Source: Octopus sinensis
Lineage: Eukaryota
Length of the DNA stretch: 64,000 bases
Direction of reading: 5' to 3'
Assembly: GCF_006345805.1 (NCBI RefSeq)
Contig: NC_043012.1
Span: 53,010,001-53,074,000, forward strand
Position numbers and translations under genes: made by a program
Shown here: positions 36,756-50,202 of the stretch, in pieces
Layout: each line of letters begins with the position of its first letter
Position numbering within the stretch: position 1 is the stretch's first letter
Notes under the pieces: model-generated
Database searches by the model: none
What the model was told of the DNA's origin: nothing
The model's input: only the letters and a program-made list of their open reading frames with translations

Positions 36756-38032
36756 TTCTTCAGGTGTCCACCTTTATACTTTGGTTGCTGCAATATCTCG
36801 ACCATGTGCATTTTTGTATTGTGTTCAATCTTGTTGAAAATTAGCTTGTTCCTTCTACTATAATCTCCCCCCAATACATCATTGGACAAGGGTGAAATAC
36901 ATTCTTATAACAGAATTAATCAAATCATTCAGGCTCTACAGAAGTAAGGAAAAACATGTCGTCTCTACTATTCAATATTTCCACCCAGAAAATATTTCAT
37001 GGGAGTATATATATTTATTCATATTCATGTGTAGAATTTGGTATGATTCTACATGTATATTTCCAATGAATGTGCAAGCATTCTTTGATATGTGTGCATG
37101 CATGCTAATGTGTATTCGTGTGCCTGTGTAAACGGATGTGAAATTTGTATATGCATGCAGTATGTGTATATGGGTATATATGTGGGTATCCTTATGTTTG
37201 TATGTGTGTGTATGCATGCTTGTGGTTATAATTGCATACAAATGTGTAGGTATTCTTGTGTGTATATGTATGTGTGCTTGTGTCCATCTGTATTCTTACA
37301 TGAATGCACATGTAATGCATATTTTTGCATTGTATGCGTAAATGGGGATATGTGTGCTCTTATGTTTCTATGCGTGTGCATTCACTGGTATAACTGTGCA
37401 TGAATGTGTAGGTGTTCTTGCATGCATCTGTGTGCACATACAGGTCTGTCTGTGCAGGTATACGTGTATCTGTGCATGTATGCATGTGCACATGTGTGCA
37501 CGCTCACAGTCCTTCTGTCAAAGTAGAAAGTTTAAAGTACATTTATCCAAGAGACAGAGAACTGGGAGGTGAAGAAAGTAGGTCTCCCCATAAATGCAGA
37601 CCTTAGCACTTTACTCTTTCAAAGAGCGTACAATAGTAGATGAAGAACACTAGACTGCATCAAAATTGATGTAAACGCCAATATCATGGTCTTTTGATAC
37701 TTGTGTACGTCTCTATTCCAGCTTTTTACCATCAAAAAGTCAAAGCTGATATTATGTCATGTCCAATTTACCAAGCCGCCATGCAACAAGTTGTCTGGCA
37801 AATGGATTTGCAGTTGTAATGCCAACTGATCTACTAAGAATAAGTAGAAGTAGGACTTATTCTTATTTCCGTACTGCAGTGAACTTCTGAAATAGCAACT
37901 TCCAAGAATAATGGAAAACCCAAGATTAATGGCAGTTTTGAAAATTGGCCTACACTAGTGTTCTAGATTGTTTATGCCGCCTTCTGCAATGTCGAAAATG
38001 TATTTCCAAGTTTATCACTTTTTCTTTTGTTA

Positions 38033-38402
38033 TTCTTTTATTCTTTTACTTGTTTCAGTCATTTGACTGCGGCCATGCTGGAGCACCGCCTCGAAGTGTT
38101 TTAGTCGACCCGGGGACCTATTTTTTTAAAACCAAGTACTTATTCTATCAGTGTCTTTTGCTGAACCGCTGAGTTATGGGGCCATAAACAAGGACACAAA
38201 GACACACACACACACACAGATATATATATATATATATATATATATGACAGGCTTCTTTCAGTTTCCGTCTATCAAATCCACTTACAAGGCTTTGGTTAGC
38301 TCAAGTCTATTGTAGAAAACACTTGCTCAAGGTGCCACACAGTGGGACTGAACCCGGAACCATGTGGTTGGGAAGAAGGCTTCTTACCACACAGCCATGC
38401 CT
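38033..38402 (-). mobile_element. SINE family B
   Basis: Reverse complement match. Confidence 0.8.
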
Positions 38403-38818
38403 GTTTTTTGTCTTTTTCTTCTCTGTTTTTTTTTTTTACTTATTTTACCCCAACATCATTTATCATGCATTTAACAGCCGATAAAATGTAATTCATTATA
38501 CTGCATCATCTATCTGGGGCACTGCCTTGCATTATTTAATCCAAACAAATCATCCCTAGTAGTTATTTTTTTTTAAATGTGACACTTATTCCATAAACTT
38601 CTCTTACCGGACCACTAATATACAAGGACATAAACAAACCAACACTGGCCGTCAAATAATAGTGCAGAACAAACACAAAGACGCGCACACACACACGACA
38701 GACTTCCACACAGTTTTTTGTTTAGCAAATTTACTTATAAGACAAGACATTGGTTGGCCCAGGGATATAATAGAAGGCATTTGCCCAAGGTACAATGCAG
38801 TGGGACTGATCTCAAAAC

Positions 38819-38945
38819 TATTGGGTTGTCCGGAAAGTTTGTGCCGATTTTTAAAGATGGTCATGGTTGCGAAACATCTGATCTTAAGTCAGATCAATGA
38901 AAATTAATGTGAGCTACATCAAAATTTACGACAAACCAAGTGAGA
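38819..38945 (+). mobile_element. Mariner left-end fragment
   Basis: Starts tattgggttgtccggaaagtttgtgccgattttt, a mariner-like TIR. No matching right end found. Confidence 0.5.
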
Positions 38946-39385
38946 TCATAGTTGTGGTCAATGCTGGTATTACGTAACTGGCATGTAAAAAGCACCCACT
39001 ACACTCTTGGAGTGGTTGGCATTAGGAAAGGCATCTAACCATAGAAACCATGCCGAATCAGACTGGAACCTGGTGTAGCTCCCCAGCTAATAAGTTTTCA
39101 GTCAAACTGTCCAATCCATGCCAGCATGGAAAACAGACATATAATGATGATACATTAACCACTGACATATTCTTTCCTACTCTAGGAACAAGGCTCAAAA
39201 TTTTGGTGGTGGAGGCCAGTCGATTAGATTCATCCCAGTACGCAACTGGCACTTAATTTATTGACCCTGAAAGGATGAAAGACAAAGTCAACGTTAGCAG
39301 AATTTGAACTCAGAATGTAGCAGCAGATGAAATATCACTAGGCATTTCACCCAGCGTGCTGACATCTCTGGTAGATTACTGCCTG

Positions 39386-39612
39386 CGGCGAGCTGGCAGA
39401 AATGTTAGCACACCGGGTGAAATGCGTAGCCGTATTTCGTCTGTCGATACATTCCGAGTTCAAATTCCATCGAGGTTGACTTTGCCTTTCATCCTTTCGG
39501 GGTTGATAAATTAAGTACCAGTTACACACTGGGGTCGATGTAATCAACTTAATCCCTTTGTCTGTCCTTGTTTGTCTTCTCTGTGTTTAGCTCCTTGTGG
39601 GTAGTAAAGAAA
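39386..39612 (+). mobile_element. SINE family A (an inverted partial copy lies at about 39250-39375)
   Basis: Matches 9748-9980. Confidence 0.85.
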
Positions 39613-39717
39613 TATATCATTGATATACTAACACAGACATCAAAATACAATGTGTTCTTGTGTAATGAGGAAATGATAGAGAGCTTTAGGAATGGCAAAA
39701 GTAGCAAAACCACTCAC

Positions 39718-39876
39718 CTTTGTATAGTTGGAGTGTATGTACAGGCTTTCATAAGAAGGCCACCACCAGAGCTGAGGGTTTTCTGACTAGCTGGAATCCA
39801 GGCTGTATTTGGTGGAATGTCTGCAGGAGATTCAATCCAAATAAATTTTGCCAGATCCACTTCAGCAAACATTGAC
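39718..39876 (-). CDS. COG1: COG1 internal exon (phase 2-2, 159 bp): SMFAEVDLAKFIWIESPADIPPNTAWIPASQKTLSSGGGLLMKACTYTPTIQ(S)
   Basis: Acceptor atgtgtctcag|G, donor CAAAG|gtgagt. Strong match to human FLWSESPNDLPSDAAWVSVANRGQFASSGLSMKAQAISPCVQ. Confidence 0.93.
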
Positions 39877-40723
39877 CTGAGACACATAAATAGAAGAGTA
39901 AACAAGAATAAAAACATATATTTACAATGTATTGATGTATTTTATCTAGTCATTTATTTTTTTTTTACTTGTTTCAGTCAATGAACTGCAGCCACACTGG
40001 GGCACCACCCTGAGGAGTTTTAGACAAACAAATCAATCCTAGTACCTATTTTTAAGCCTAGAACTTATTCTATTGGTCTCTTTTGCTAAACTGTCAAGTT
40101 GCAAGGACATAAATAAACCGACACCAGTTGTCGAGCAGTGTGGTGGTGGGGGGGGGTTAACAAGCACAGACATTCAGACGCACCCATCTAAAGCTAGCAG
40201 AGCTCATCCTTTTCCATATATGACTACTACTATTTTCTCTCAGAAAGAAAGAAAGAAAGAGAGAGAGAGTAGAAGAGAAGCAGAATCAGTTGCAGTACAG
40301 GAGTGATACATTATTTATCAATTTCAGAAAGAATAAAAAGTTGACATCAGTAGAATTTGAACTCAGAACAACAGAAGAATGTCATAGGGTGACATTCTAT
40401 CCAATGCTCCAAAACTCTGCCAATTTGATGCTTCAGACAAAACCTTAACCAAAATGCAGGCTCAAACCTATGAGCCTAAGATCAAATGTTTCATGCTCCA
40501 ATAACTGAGCCACTTGAGTTTGGCTGCCTGAGTCTAAAAGCCAAGAATCATTTTATATTGAAAGAACTGACCAGCTGCAAAGATGTCAACACATTTTTAT
40601 TGTCTTTCTCTCTTCCTTCTTTCTTTCCATCTCTTTTCCATTGACACCCCTTTTCAGATACACAGACACCCACACACACATGCGCACACACACACACACT
40701 CTCTCTCACTCTCTCTCTCTCTC

Positions 40724-40770
<47 letters not shown>

Positions 40771-41182
40771 AGACAATGCTAAAAAGAAATCCAGACAATT
40801 TTTTTAAACATTTTACCCCCACTGAAGTGACCACCTGGGTTTCACATTTCTAAAAGCCCAGAATCATTTTATATTGAAAGAACTGACCATCTGCAAACAC
40901 ACTCTCTCACTTTCTCCTCATTCCTCACCCTCCTGTGCTAACTTATATCTCTCTCTACCCCTACCCACTCAATAATACTATGAAAAGGGACAAAATTCCA
41001 GAAAAAGTTCAGTCTGAGGACTCCACTAGAGTATATATGATATATATGATTTATAAAAACATGTGACATATTAATAAATATCTGTAAATATAAAACCATC
41101 CAGATTTTTGAGTACCTTATTTCTTCTAATATATAATACCTGTACATCATCTCCAAACCTCCTGATATATATATATTAGATA

Positions 41183-41392
41183 CTCTTTACTCTCTTTTAC
41201 TCTTTTACTTGTTTCAGTCATTTAACTGCGGCCATGCTGGAGCACCACCTTTAGTCAAACAAATCGACCCCGGGACTTAATCTTTGTAAGCCCAGTACTT
41301 ATTCTATCGGTCTCTTTTGCCGAACCGCTAAGTGACGGGGATGTAAACACACCAGCATCGGTTGTCAAGCAATGCTAGGTAGACAAACACAA

Positions 41393-41429
<37 letters not shown>

Positions 41430-41574
41430 CATATATACGACAGGCTTCTTTCAGTTTCCGTCTACCGGGGCTATAGCAGAAGACATTTGCCCAAGATGCC
41501 ACGCAGTGGGACTGAACCCGGAACCATGTGGTTGGTTAGCAAGCTACTTACCACACAGCCACTCCTGCGCCTAT
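41183..41574 (-). mobile_element. SINE family B with short internal deletion
   Basis: Reverse complement match; deletion near 41467. Confidence 0.85.
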
Positions 41575-41632
41575 ATATATATATATATTAGATATATATA
41601 CACATATATATACACACACAGACACATACATA

Positions 41633-41953
41633 GTGAAGGCACATGGCTCAGTGGCTAGAGTATTGGGCTCATGATCATAAGGTAGTGAGTTCGATTCCTG
41701 GACCGGGCTGTGTGTTGTGTTCTTGAGCAAGATGCTTTATTTCACATTGCTCCAGTTAATTCAGCTGTAGAAATGAGTTGCAACATCACTGGTACCAAAC
41801 TCTATAACCCTTTGCCTTTCCCTTGGATAACATCAGTGGCATGGAGAGGGGATGCTGGTCTTCCCTAAACGTCCTTGCCTGGACTTGTACCTCAGAGAGT
41901 AACTGTTTAGGTGCAATGCCGGTCATTCATGACCAATGGTGTCTTTACCTTTT
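41633..41953 (+). mobile_element. SINE family F
   Basis: gtgaaggcacatggctcagtgg head, CORE-like block, tail ...gtcattcatgaccaatggtgtctttacc. Confidence 0.75.
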
Positions 41954-42333
41954 CACACATACATACTAGCCAAGTATCCTGTTGCAGCCAGGCAATTTTC
42001 AATATAGAATGCTTTTATTTCAATATCTCAATTCCATTTCAGACCATGTATTAGGAAGAAATCAGAGCAGATTTCTGCATTATTTGGGGCAATTTATAAT
42101 GTACTGATAAGCTAAGTGTTTGTTTTTCAATTTGGTGTATAGACATAACCCCCCCCCCCATATATCGTCATCATCGTTTAACGTCCGTTTTCTGTGCTAG
42201 CACGGGTTGGACGATTCGACCGGGGTCTGGGAAGCCAGGAGGCTGCACCAGGCTCCAGTCTGATCTGGAAGTGTTTCTACAGCTGGATGCCCTTCCTAAC
42301 GCCAACCTCTCCGTGAGTGTAGTGGGTGCTTTT

Positions 42334-42378
<45 letters not shown>

Positions 42379-43679
42379 CACATAGAAAGAGAGAGATGGT
42401 GATTATAGGGTAAACACCAATATATTTTTGCTGCATTGTAAAGAAGAATTCATGGATGTGAGAGAGCAACTGTCTAACGAAACCAACAGAAATTGTTTTC
42501 TTTCTTATATTTTATGTTGCAACCAATCTAATTTAACAGAGAAACACTGGAAACAATATTACAGCACTGACCCTGAATCACATTTACCTAAACGTATTAG
42601 AATTCCAAGCTTAAAATCAGCTATTCCTATAAGTATTCAGATGAAGAGAAGTCTATAAATATTCAGATGGAATGAGGTCTACAGTTGATTCTGAAATAAA
42701 ACAAAAGCAAGCAGGTCTACGGCAACATATCATGACACAAAAGATGTTGTATTAAGTCAAAGAGGAAACCTTTGTATTGTCACGCAACCTGCTAAAAGTA
42801 GTGGGCAAATCTCACTCAAATTTACACTGTGACATCTTTAGAACAAGACACATTGGATAGTCAGTCATAGGTGAGATACATCTATGCCTCGACAAAAGGC
42901 AGGATGGACATGATTATAACAGCTTTGATGATAAAAGTGTCCAATCAAGTCTGACATAAAGTTAGAGTTTGACCAGAAGAATAAAAAGAATAAAGCTTTA
43001 TCTTACCATTCAAGTCTCATATATATGAAAAAAACAAAGAAAGAAAAACAAGGTTTATTCTGTCATTCCTAGGTGTGCTATTCTTTTATTCTTTTATAAA
43101 AGAATATGAAATAATTTAGGCTAGGAGTAAAAGTGAAGTGGCTGAGTGGATGATATATTGATTGAGAGTTCAAACCTGCTATATTTATTCCAGTGAGTTT
43201 TTGAGGAAAAGCAATATATCCTATGTTATTTCAGGGGTTATGACTAACAGGAACAGGTAGCATGTACAATTTGCTCTCTTATATCTGTGTATATATTTAT
43301 CTAAATCTTGTAGGACTCTATTCTTTTTTTTTTCTTCCTTCTTTCTATCAGCCCTTTCATGCTTACTTCGTTCATTCCACCCTTCATTCTTCTGTTCCCT
43401 CTCTCTCACATTTCCTTGCTTTCTCTTTATGCTCACTTTCCCTCCTCTTTTCCCTTCATTGTGTCCCTGTCATTTTTTCTCGCCCCCTCCTTATTTCTTC
43501 TGTCCCTCTGCCTCTACCTCTCTCTCTTCTCTCCCCACGTGACTGGTGTTTGGCTAAGCCTGACTTTTCTTTCTTGCTTCAGCCACTGTCCATGCAACAT
43601 CTATATTCCTTCCTGTGCTTGTGAAATTCTGTATCCCTGCTGTAAGGCTTTACTTACACACACGCCAGCTTAATTTAAT

Positions 43680-44010
43680 TCGTCCTTAATCAAAAGACAC
43701 CTATTGTTATGTCCTGTTATTTGTATTTCTGTAACATTCTCTGTTCTTTTCCATCCTTGTTTTCATATACATTCAGTTTTTTTTCCAAGGAATTTAATGC
43801 TCTTAGCTTAATTTTTCCTTGAGGCTGGCCAGATTGGAGCAATCTCAAGCATAACCAGCTGAAATTGCAAAGATAATCTGGAACTCAACTGAGGAAAGAA
43901 AACTCTGAATGACTCGTCATTGTTTTCTTTGTATCATCTATCTGGATGTTTTGTCCCCTTTTTTGTATCACCTGTCTGGATGTTTTCCATTCTTGTCCCA
44001 ATTTGTATTT
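43680..44010 (+). mobile_element. Repeat family 4 copy (Penelope-terminal-like)
   Basis: Shares ccagctgaaa-tgcaaagataatctggaa-tcaactga...gaatgac..gtcatt and the pyrimidine-rich tail with 50640-50920. Confidence 0.45.
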
Positions 44011-45030
44011 TTTATATATATGTACGTGTAGGTGCTTGTGCCTCTCCGAAAGAGAGAGAGAGGGATGTCTGTATATAATATACAGGGTTGGTCAAAGGGC
44101 ACCTGACAGTAAATCAAAACCATTTCATTTATGTTTAATAAGTGTATGAATTTAATAAAAGCATCTAAATATGCACCATCATGAAAATTGTTCAAGCTGA
44201 AGTCCTTCCTTCTTGAGCGACACATTTTTCCATTCAAGTCAATACAGAATTACAAATAGTATTTATGGAATTTTGGTTTTCAGTCGGGTGACTTCTGGCC
44301 AACCCTGTATGAAAGAGTTTGTGCTTGTGTGTGTGCGTACGCATATGTGCGTGTTTGTATGTGTGTGTGTATGTGCGTGTGTGTGTGCATGCGTGCAAGA
44401 GCTTATAACAGTATAGGCTGAGAACCAGTGCATTCAAACAGAAATACCCTGCAATAATGATGTCCAAGTGAGCTTTTCCATATATCAATATCTCTCTTGC
44501 ATTGCATGCCCTAGAGGAATAATGAAATAAATATCAGACAAAATAGTCCCCATCAACTAAAACTGCTTAAAGCTTAGCCTTCCAGTATGCCCACTAATAA
44601 ATGAAACTACCAAAAGAAGAATAAGGAAAAAGGAACAACAAATCACCAACATCATCATTTAACATCTACTTTTCACATTCACAGGGGTTGGATGTTTTAA
44701 GCAGGGAACTGGTGAGCTGCAAGGCCATATCAAACTCCAATTTCATCTTTGACATGGCTTCTACAATGGAGATGCCCTTCCTGATGCCAGCCAATTTTAT
44801 GTGCCACCAGCACTAATGAGGTTGCCATAGAAATTGAAAGACAGTGAAGAAGAAGAAGAAAACAGGAAAGTGAGATGGGGGGGGGTCCCACCCACTAAGT
44901 ATAAATATATCTACTGGAATTATTATTATTATTATGATTTAGGTCATTGCCTGGAATCAAACTTGGAATCTTGGGGTTAGTAGCCCATGCTCTTAACCAC
45001 TATGCCATATGCCCATGGAGGAGGAGGAAT

Positions 45031-45046
45031 TAATAATAATAATAAC

Positions 45047-45117
<71 letters not shown>

Positions 45118-45238
45118 CATTATTATTATTATTATTGAGTGAGAGAGCAGTTCATGCCATCAAAGTGACACTGGGGTAAAATATACGAAGCCCAATATAC
45201 CCATCATGACTACCCGTCTGATAAGGGTACACCAGGCA

Positions 45239-45280
<42 letters not shown>

Positions 45281-45290
45281 CTACTGGTAG
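45031..45290. repeat. (TAA)n/(TTA)n arrays enclosing a 104-bp insert (45137-45240)
   Basis: (TAA)n switches to (TAT)n at about 45067. Insert is flanked by (TTA)n on both sides. Confidence 0.85.
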
Positions 45291-46804
45291 TTTATGAATT
45301 TTCAGGATAGCAGTTATGATGTTGATAAGTTCTACAATATGGAACCAACTGATATGTAGTGACATTTCTTAAAAAGGAAAGTAAAAGAAAAGAATGTTAT
45401 TGCTTCCTCTTTGGTATTGACTTATGCACTTTCAGGAATGGCCCTCTATCTATGTGGTTGCTCAACCAACTATAAATAGCACCTAAACTGTTCTCAAGTA
45501 TATTGTCTTGAGAAAGAAGGATACTTTGGGTAATGTGGTTTGAAATATGGCAAAAAGAAGGATAGGATAGCAAAAGCTTGAACAACCCTGATCGTGGTCA
45601 ATTCAATCAGAGCTGAAGTGTTGTTCCACATGGGTCAGAATAATAATTCGTTTTTATGAAGAGATAAAGTATTTCAGAAAAACACAGAAAGTCCAAAATT
45701 GTATGTAGCAAATGAAAATAAAAAAACAATCTACAGTCGTTACTCTTTTAATAACTGTTTTAAGTCTCTGGGGGCAAACAGACACAAACACCATCTCAGC
45801 CCTACAAAACCTGATCCAGCAGAGCTGCAATAATGTAAAAGCTAGAAGGATAGACAGCTGTACTAGGGGCTCATCTTTCAGCTGAGTGAACTGGGAGAAT
45901 GTGGAATAAAATGCCACCGAGTCGTACAATTGAACCCAAAAATGCATGATCATAACCTCAGCAGCCTAACCTCCTGGCCACACCACACACACAAATCAAA
46001 TGAAAATGTGTGAATATTTCTATAGGAGGTTTATAGATAATTACAAAAGCAAGCTAAAACTTGGAAATAAATTCTATAATATTGAAACAGACCTAAATGG
46101 TAAAATTTCTTAGAAAAACTTCACTGTTTTTCTTTAATCTTTACTTGTGCTTACAATAATAATAATAATAATAATGATAATAATGAAGATGATAATAATA
46201 ACCACAATAACTACTATTACAGTAAGAAACTGCCAGCCAAATTTAGGCGAAATGAATTAAACCAAGAGTATTATTGAAAGCTAATAATTATTATATAAAT
46301 AAAATAGAAAGTAGGTTTGATCTGTCTGGTGCCAGATTGCAAGGTTCAATTGGAATATTGACAAAATAGCCAAAGCTTGTTTAAATGTTGGCAGCAAGCT
46401 CGATATCAGTTAATAGGTAACAGACATGCTTTTTTCCCAAGAGAAGTACTTCCTTTTAAAATAATCGTATAAAGTGAGAAACTGGGCAAAAGTTCTGTCC
46501 GACTGCAAAATGTTAATCCTTGTAGATATTAGTACTACCAGTGAGGAGAAATTTCTTAACTGATATATAGTTTAATATATCACCGCTGGAATGATATTCT
46601 GAAGTAAGAAGAATATTCCTCATTTATTATTTAAATGTGTTGATATAAGGAATGTAGTTAACAAGTCAGAATTAATAAAATTATCGCATATCCTACAGTG
46701 TGTATATCATCATCACCATCATCATCATTTAATGTCCGTTTCCCATACTGGTATGGGCTGGACAGGGTGACAAGAGCTGTATATATATATATATATATAT
46801 ATAT

Positions 46805-47000
46805 ATTACAGGGAGGGTTTAAGATAAAAACAAAAGACGAAGGCAGGTGGTGTACAAAACAAACAGATGTATTAGTATAACGCTGAGGAATAGAAAAAGT
46901 TTTTTACGTTTCGAGCCTACGCTCTTCTACAGAAAAGGATACAGAAAAAACAAGGAGAGGAAAACAATTTGTGTAGTGGTTAACGATCTATCATGGCGAT
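46805..47000 (-). mobile_element. Short (TA)n-bounded element, family 3, with variant hammerhead CTGTAGA-A-GAGC-GTAG-GCTC-GAAAC-GTA
   Basis: Motif at 46901-46938 (minus): 4-bp stem II with GUAG loop, ACGU palindromic stem III, GUA triplet, U4/A4 stem I. Confidence 0.5.
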
Positions 47001-47002
47001 AA

Positions 47003-47034
<32 letters not shown>

Positions 47035-47192
47035 ATATTATATATATATATATATGTATATTATATAACATATATATAATATACATATATATAGCCCTCT
47101 TCGATCAGTATCACGTGTCAAAATGGTAATAAAAACAGGATTAACGACAGTACAAAATATAAACAGTAAAAGACAGGACACGGAGAATAACA

Positions 47193-47375
47193 AGGTACAG
47201 GAGTGGCTGTGAGGTAAGTAGCTTACATACAAACCACATGGTTCCGGGTTCAGTCCCACTGCGTGGCACTTGGGCAAGTGTCTTCTATTATAGCCTCGGG
47301 CCAACCAAAGCCTTGTGAGTGGATTTGGTAGACGGAAACTGAAAGAAGCCCGTCGTATATATGTATATGTATATA

Positions 47376-47417
<42 letters not shown>

Positions 47418-47681
47418 GGAAATGAAGAGAATGCTGACGGAATGATTTAGGTGGGTGAGAGTGTGTTTGATTGGGTGAGGGTTCTTTTTACCGGTTGCGC
47501 ATTTGTTATGCTTATCAAAAGATATTTTTAACAAATGCGCAACCGGTAAAAAAGGAACTTTCACCTAATTAGATGCACTCTCACTTGCTTGAATTATTTT
47601 GTCAGCATTTTCTTCATTTCCTTTTTTTATATATCACAACTCGTGTTCCACATCTCCTTTTTTAAATATATATATATATAG

Positions 47682-47712
<31 letters not shown>

Positions 47713-47920
47713 CGTGAGTGTCTGTATTTGTCCCCCTAGCATTGCTTGACAACCGATGCTGGTGTGTTTATGTCCCCGTCACCTAGCGGTTCAGCAAAAA
47801 GAGACCGATAGAATAAGTACTGGGCTTACAAAAGAATAAGTCCCGGAGTCGAGTTACTCGATTAAAGGTGGTGCTCCAGCATGGCCGCAGTCAAATGACT
47901 GAAACAAGTAAAAGAGTAAA
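47193..47920 (+). mobile_element. SINE family B split by a MITE insertion
   Basis: Head 47193-47360, microsatellite, insert 47413-47660, 3' half about 47700-47920. Confidence 0.8.
47413..47628. mobile_element. Fold-back MITE inserted in the (TA)n of a SINE B copy
   Basis: Outer IR aaaagggaaatgaagagaatgctgac / gtcagcattttcttcatttccttttt. Inner IR 47481-47508 / 47529-47558. TA flanks. Confidence 0.7.
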
Positions 47921-48349
47921 AAAGTATATATATATATATATATATATCTATATATATATAATGTATGTATGTATATATTATATAACAGCACCACCCCGTT
48001 TCGTGTCCGTTGCCAGCTCGCCTGGCCCTCGTGCCGGTGGCACATAAAAAGCATCATCCGTTCGTGGCCGTTTGCCAGCTCTGTCTGGCACCTGTGCGGG
48101 TGGCACGTAAAAAGCACCCCTACACTCACGGAGTGGTTGGCGTTAGGAAGGGCATCCAGCCGTAGAAACACTGCCAGATTTGACTGGGCCTGATGAAGCC
48201 TTCTGGCTTCACAGACCCCAGTAGAACCGTCCAACCCATGCTAGCATGGAAAACGTACGCTAAACGATGATGATGATGATGATGATATATATATATATTA
48301 TATATATATATATAACATATATATATATAACATATATATATATAAATAC

Positions 48350-48382
<33 letters not shown>

Positions 48383-48772
48383 ATATATAACATATATAAT
48401 AATATATACAATTTATAATATATACATATATATAATATATATATTTATATATATACTATATAAACATAATAATTATATATATATAATATATAACATATAT
48501 ATAATATACATATATATATAACATATATAATATACATATACTTATATATAACATATATAATATACATATATATGTATATTATATGTATGTAATATATATG
48601 TATGTATATATATATATACATATATATATAGAAAGTAGTAAAGAGTGAAAAACGACAGAAGGCTTAAATGTTAAAAAATATATATATTTGCATCAATATG
48701 TCTGAAGAATATTAGAAAATTTTTTTTTGTAATTTTTTTATATATATAACATATATAATATACATATATATG

Positions 48773-48838
<66 letters not shown>

Positions 48839-50070
48839 CAAACATATACCAGCACCTGCACCAGATTCCCTACTCAGTCAGTTTTGGCTTGCTTTATTAC
48901 AGCTGGATGCCCTTCCAAATAGTAAACACTTTACAGAGTGTACTGGGTGCTATTCACATGGAATCAGCACCAGTGCTTTAAACATATACTAATACACACA
49001 CACACACACACACACATATACATACACACTCACACACACAAATACATGCATGTATATACATGCGTATGTGTATGTGCATATTCCTATACATACATATGCC
49101 TATTTCTCTCTCTGTCTCTCTTTCTTTGTCTGCCTCCCCCCACCCACACACAGACACACACAGATATCTGTATGTATATATATAAACATGTATGTATGTA
49201 TATGTATTGAAAAGTTGCTATTTTGAATGAGACAGTATAACAGTTAACCTTTGCTTCAAGCTCCATGTAAATCCATATATGTCCAACCTTCACTCAGGCA
49301 TTAAACACAGTGCTTTTCTATGATTATTTTCGTTTGGTATTATATACATTTGAATAGATTACAGAGTGTATATCGAAGATCAGAATAAAACTGGAGATTC
49401 GGTTATAAAAAACTTTTGTTATTACTAAGATATAATAGTAAACAAATCTCCTGTTTTATTCAGATCCTATATATATACATATATACACATATACACACAT
49501 ATATATATATATATATATTTATATATACATATATGAACATACACACATATATATATATATATACATAGATACATACATACATATGTATATATACATGTGA
49601 ATATACATGCACAGACATCTCTCTCTCTCTCTCTATATATATATATAACATATATACATATATATATACTTATATATATACATACATATATACATACATA
49701 CATATATATACATACACATATATACATACATATACATACATACATGTATATATACACACATATATACATGTATACACATATATATGCAAATATATATATA
49801 TATAAATATATAAATATATATATATATACACATACACATACATACATACATACATATGATACACACACACACAAACTCATAGACATACACATACATAGAT
49901 GGAGAAGATTTCCAACTGTATGAAACATATGTACTCTCTTACAGGGGCGTTAGTGTCCATCATTACTGTCCGGCTGAATATGTTTCACTTATCCACACAG
50001 AATAAGTTCTTACATTATCTGGCTGCTTCATAGTTAAATATATATTTATATAGGAATAAACCATTTAATA

Positions 50071-50202
50071 TTAGGTTGTCCCAAAAGTTCGTAAACACTT
50101 GCGAAAATTGAATTTTTACTCGCCAAGTGCTAACAAAAATTATTCCTCAAAATAAAGACCATTATTTTCCAAGACTTTCTACGAACTTTTGGGACAACCT
50201 TA
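50071..50202. mobile_element. Mariner-type MITE, 132 bp
   Basis: TIR ttaggttgtcccaaaagttcgta matches the right end at 22/23. TA at 50069-50070 and 50203-50204. Confidence 0.85.

Noticed and set aside
45654-45953. ORF containing PQRLKTVIKR, reminiscent of COG1 DRLQTLTKE
   Set aside because: That segment is already accounted for by the in-frame exons at 62487 and 56131.
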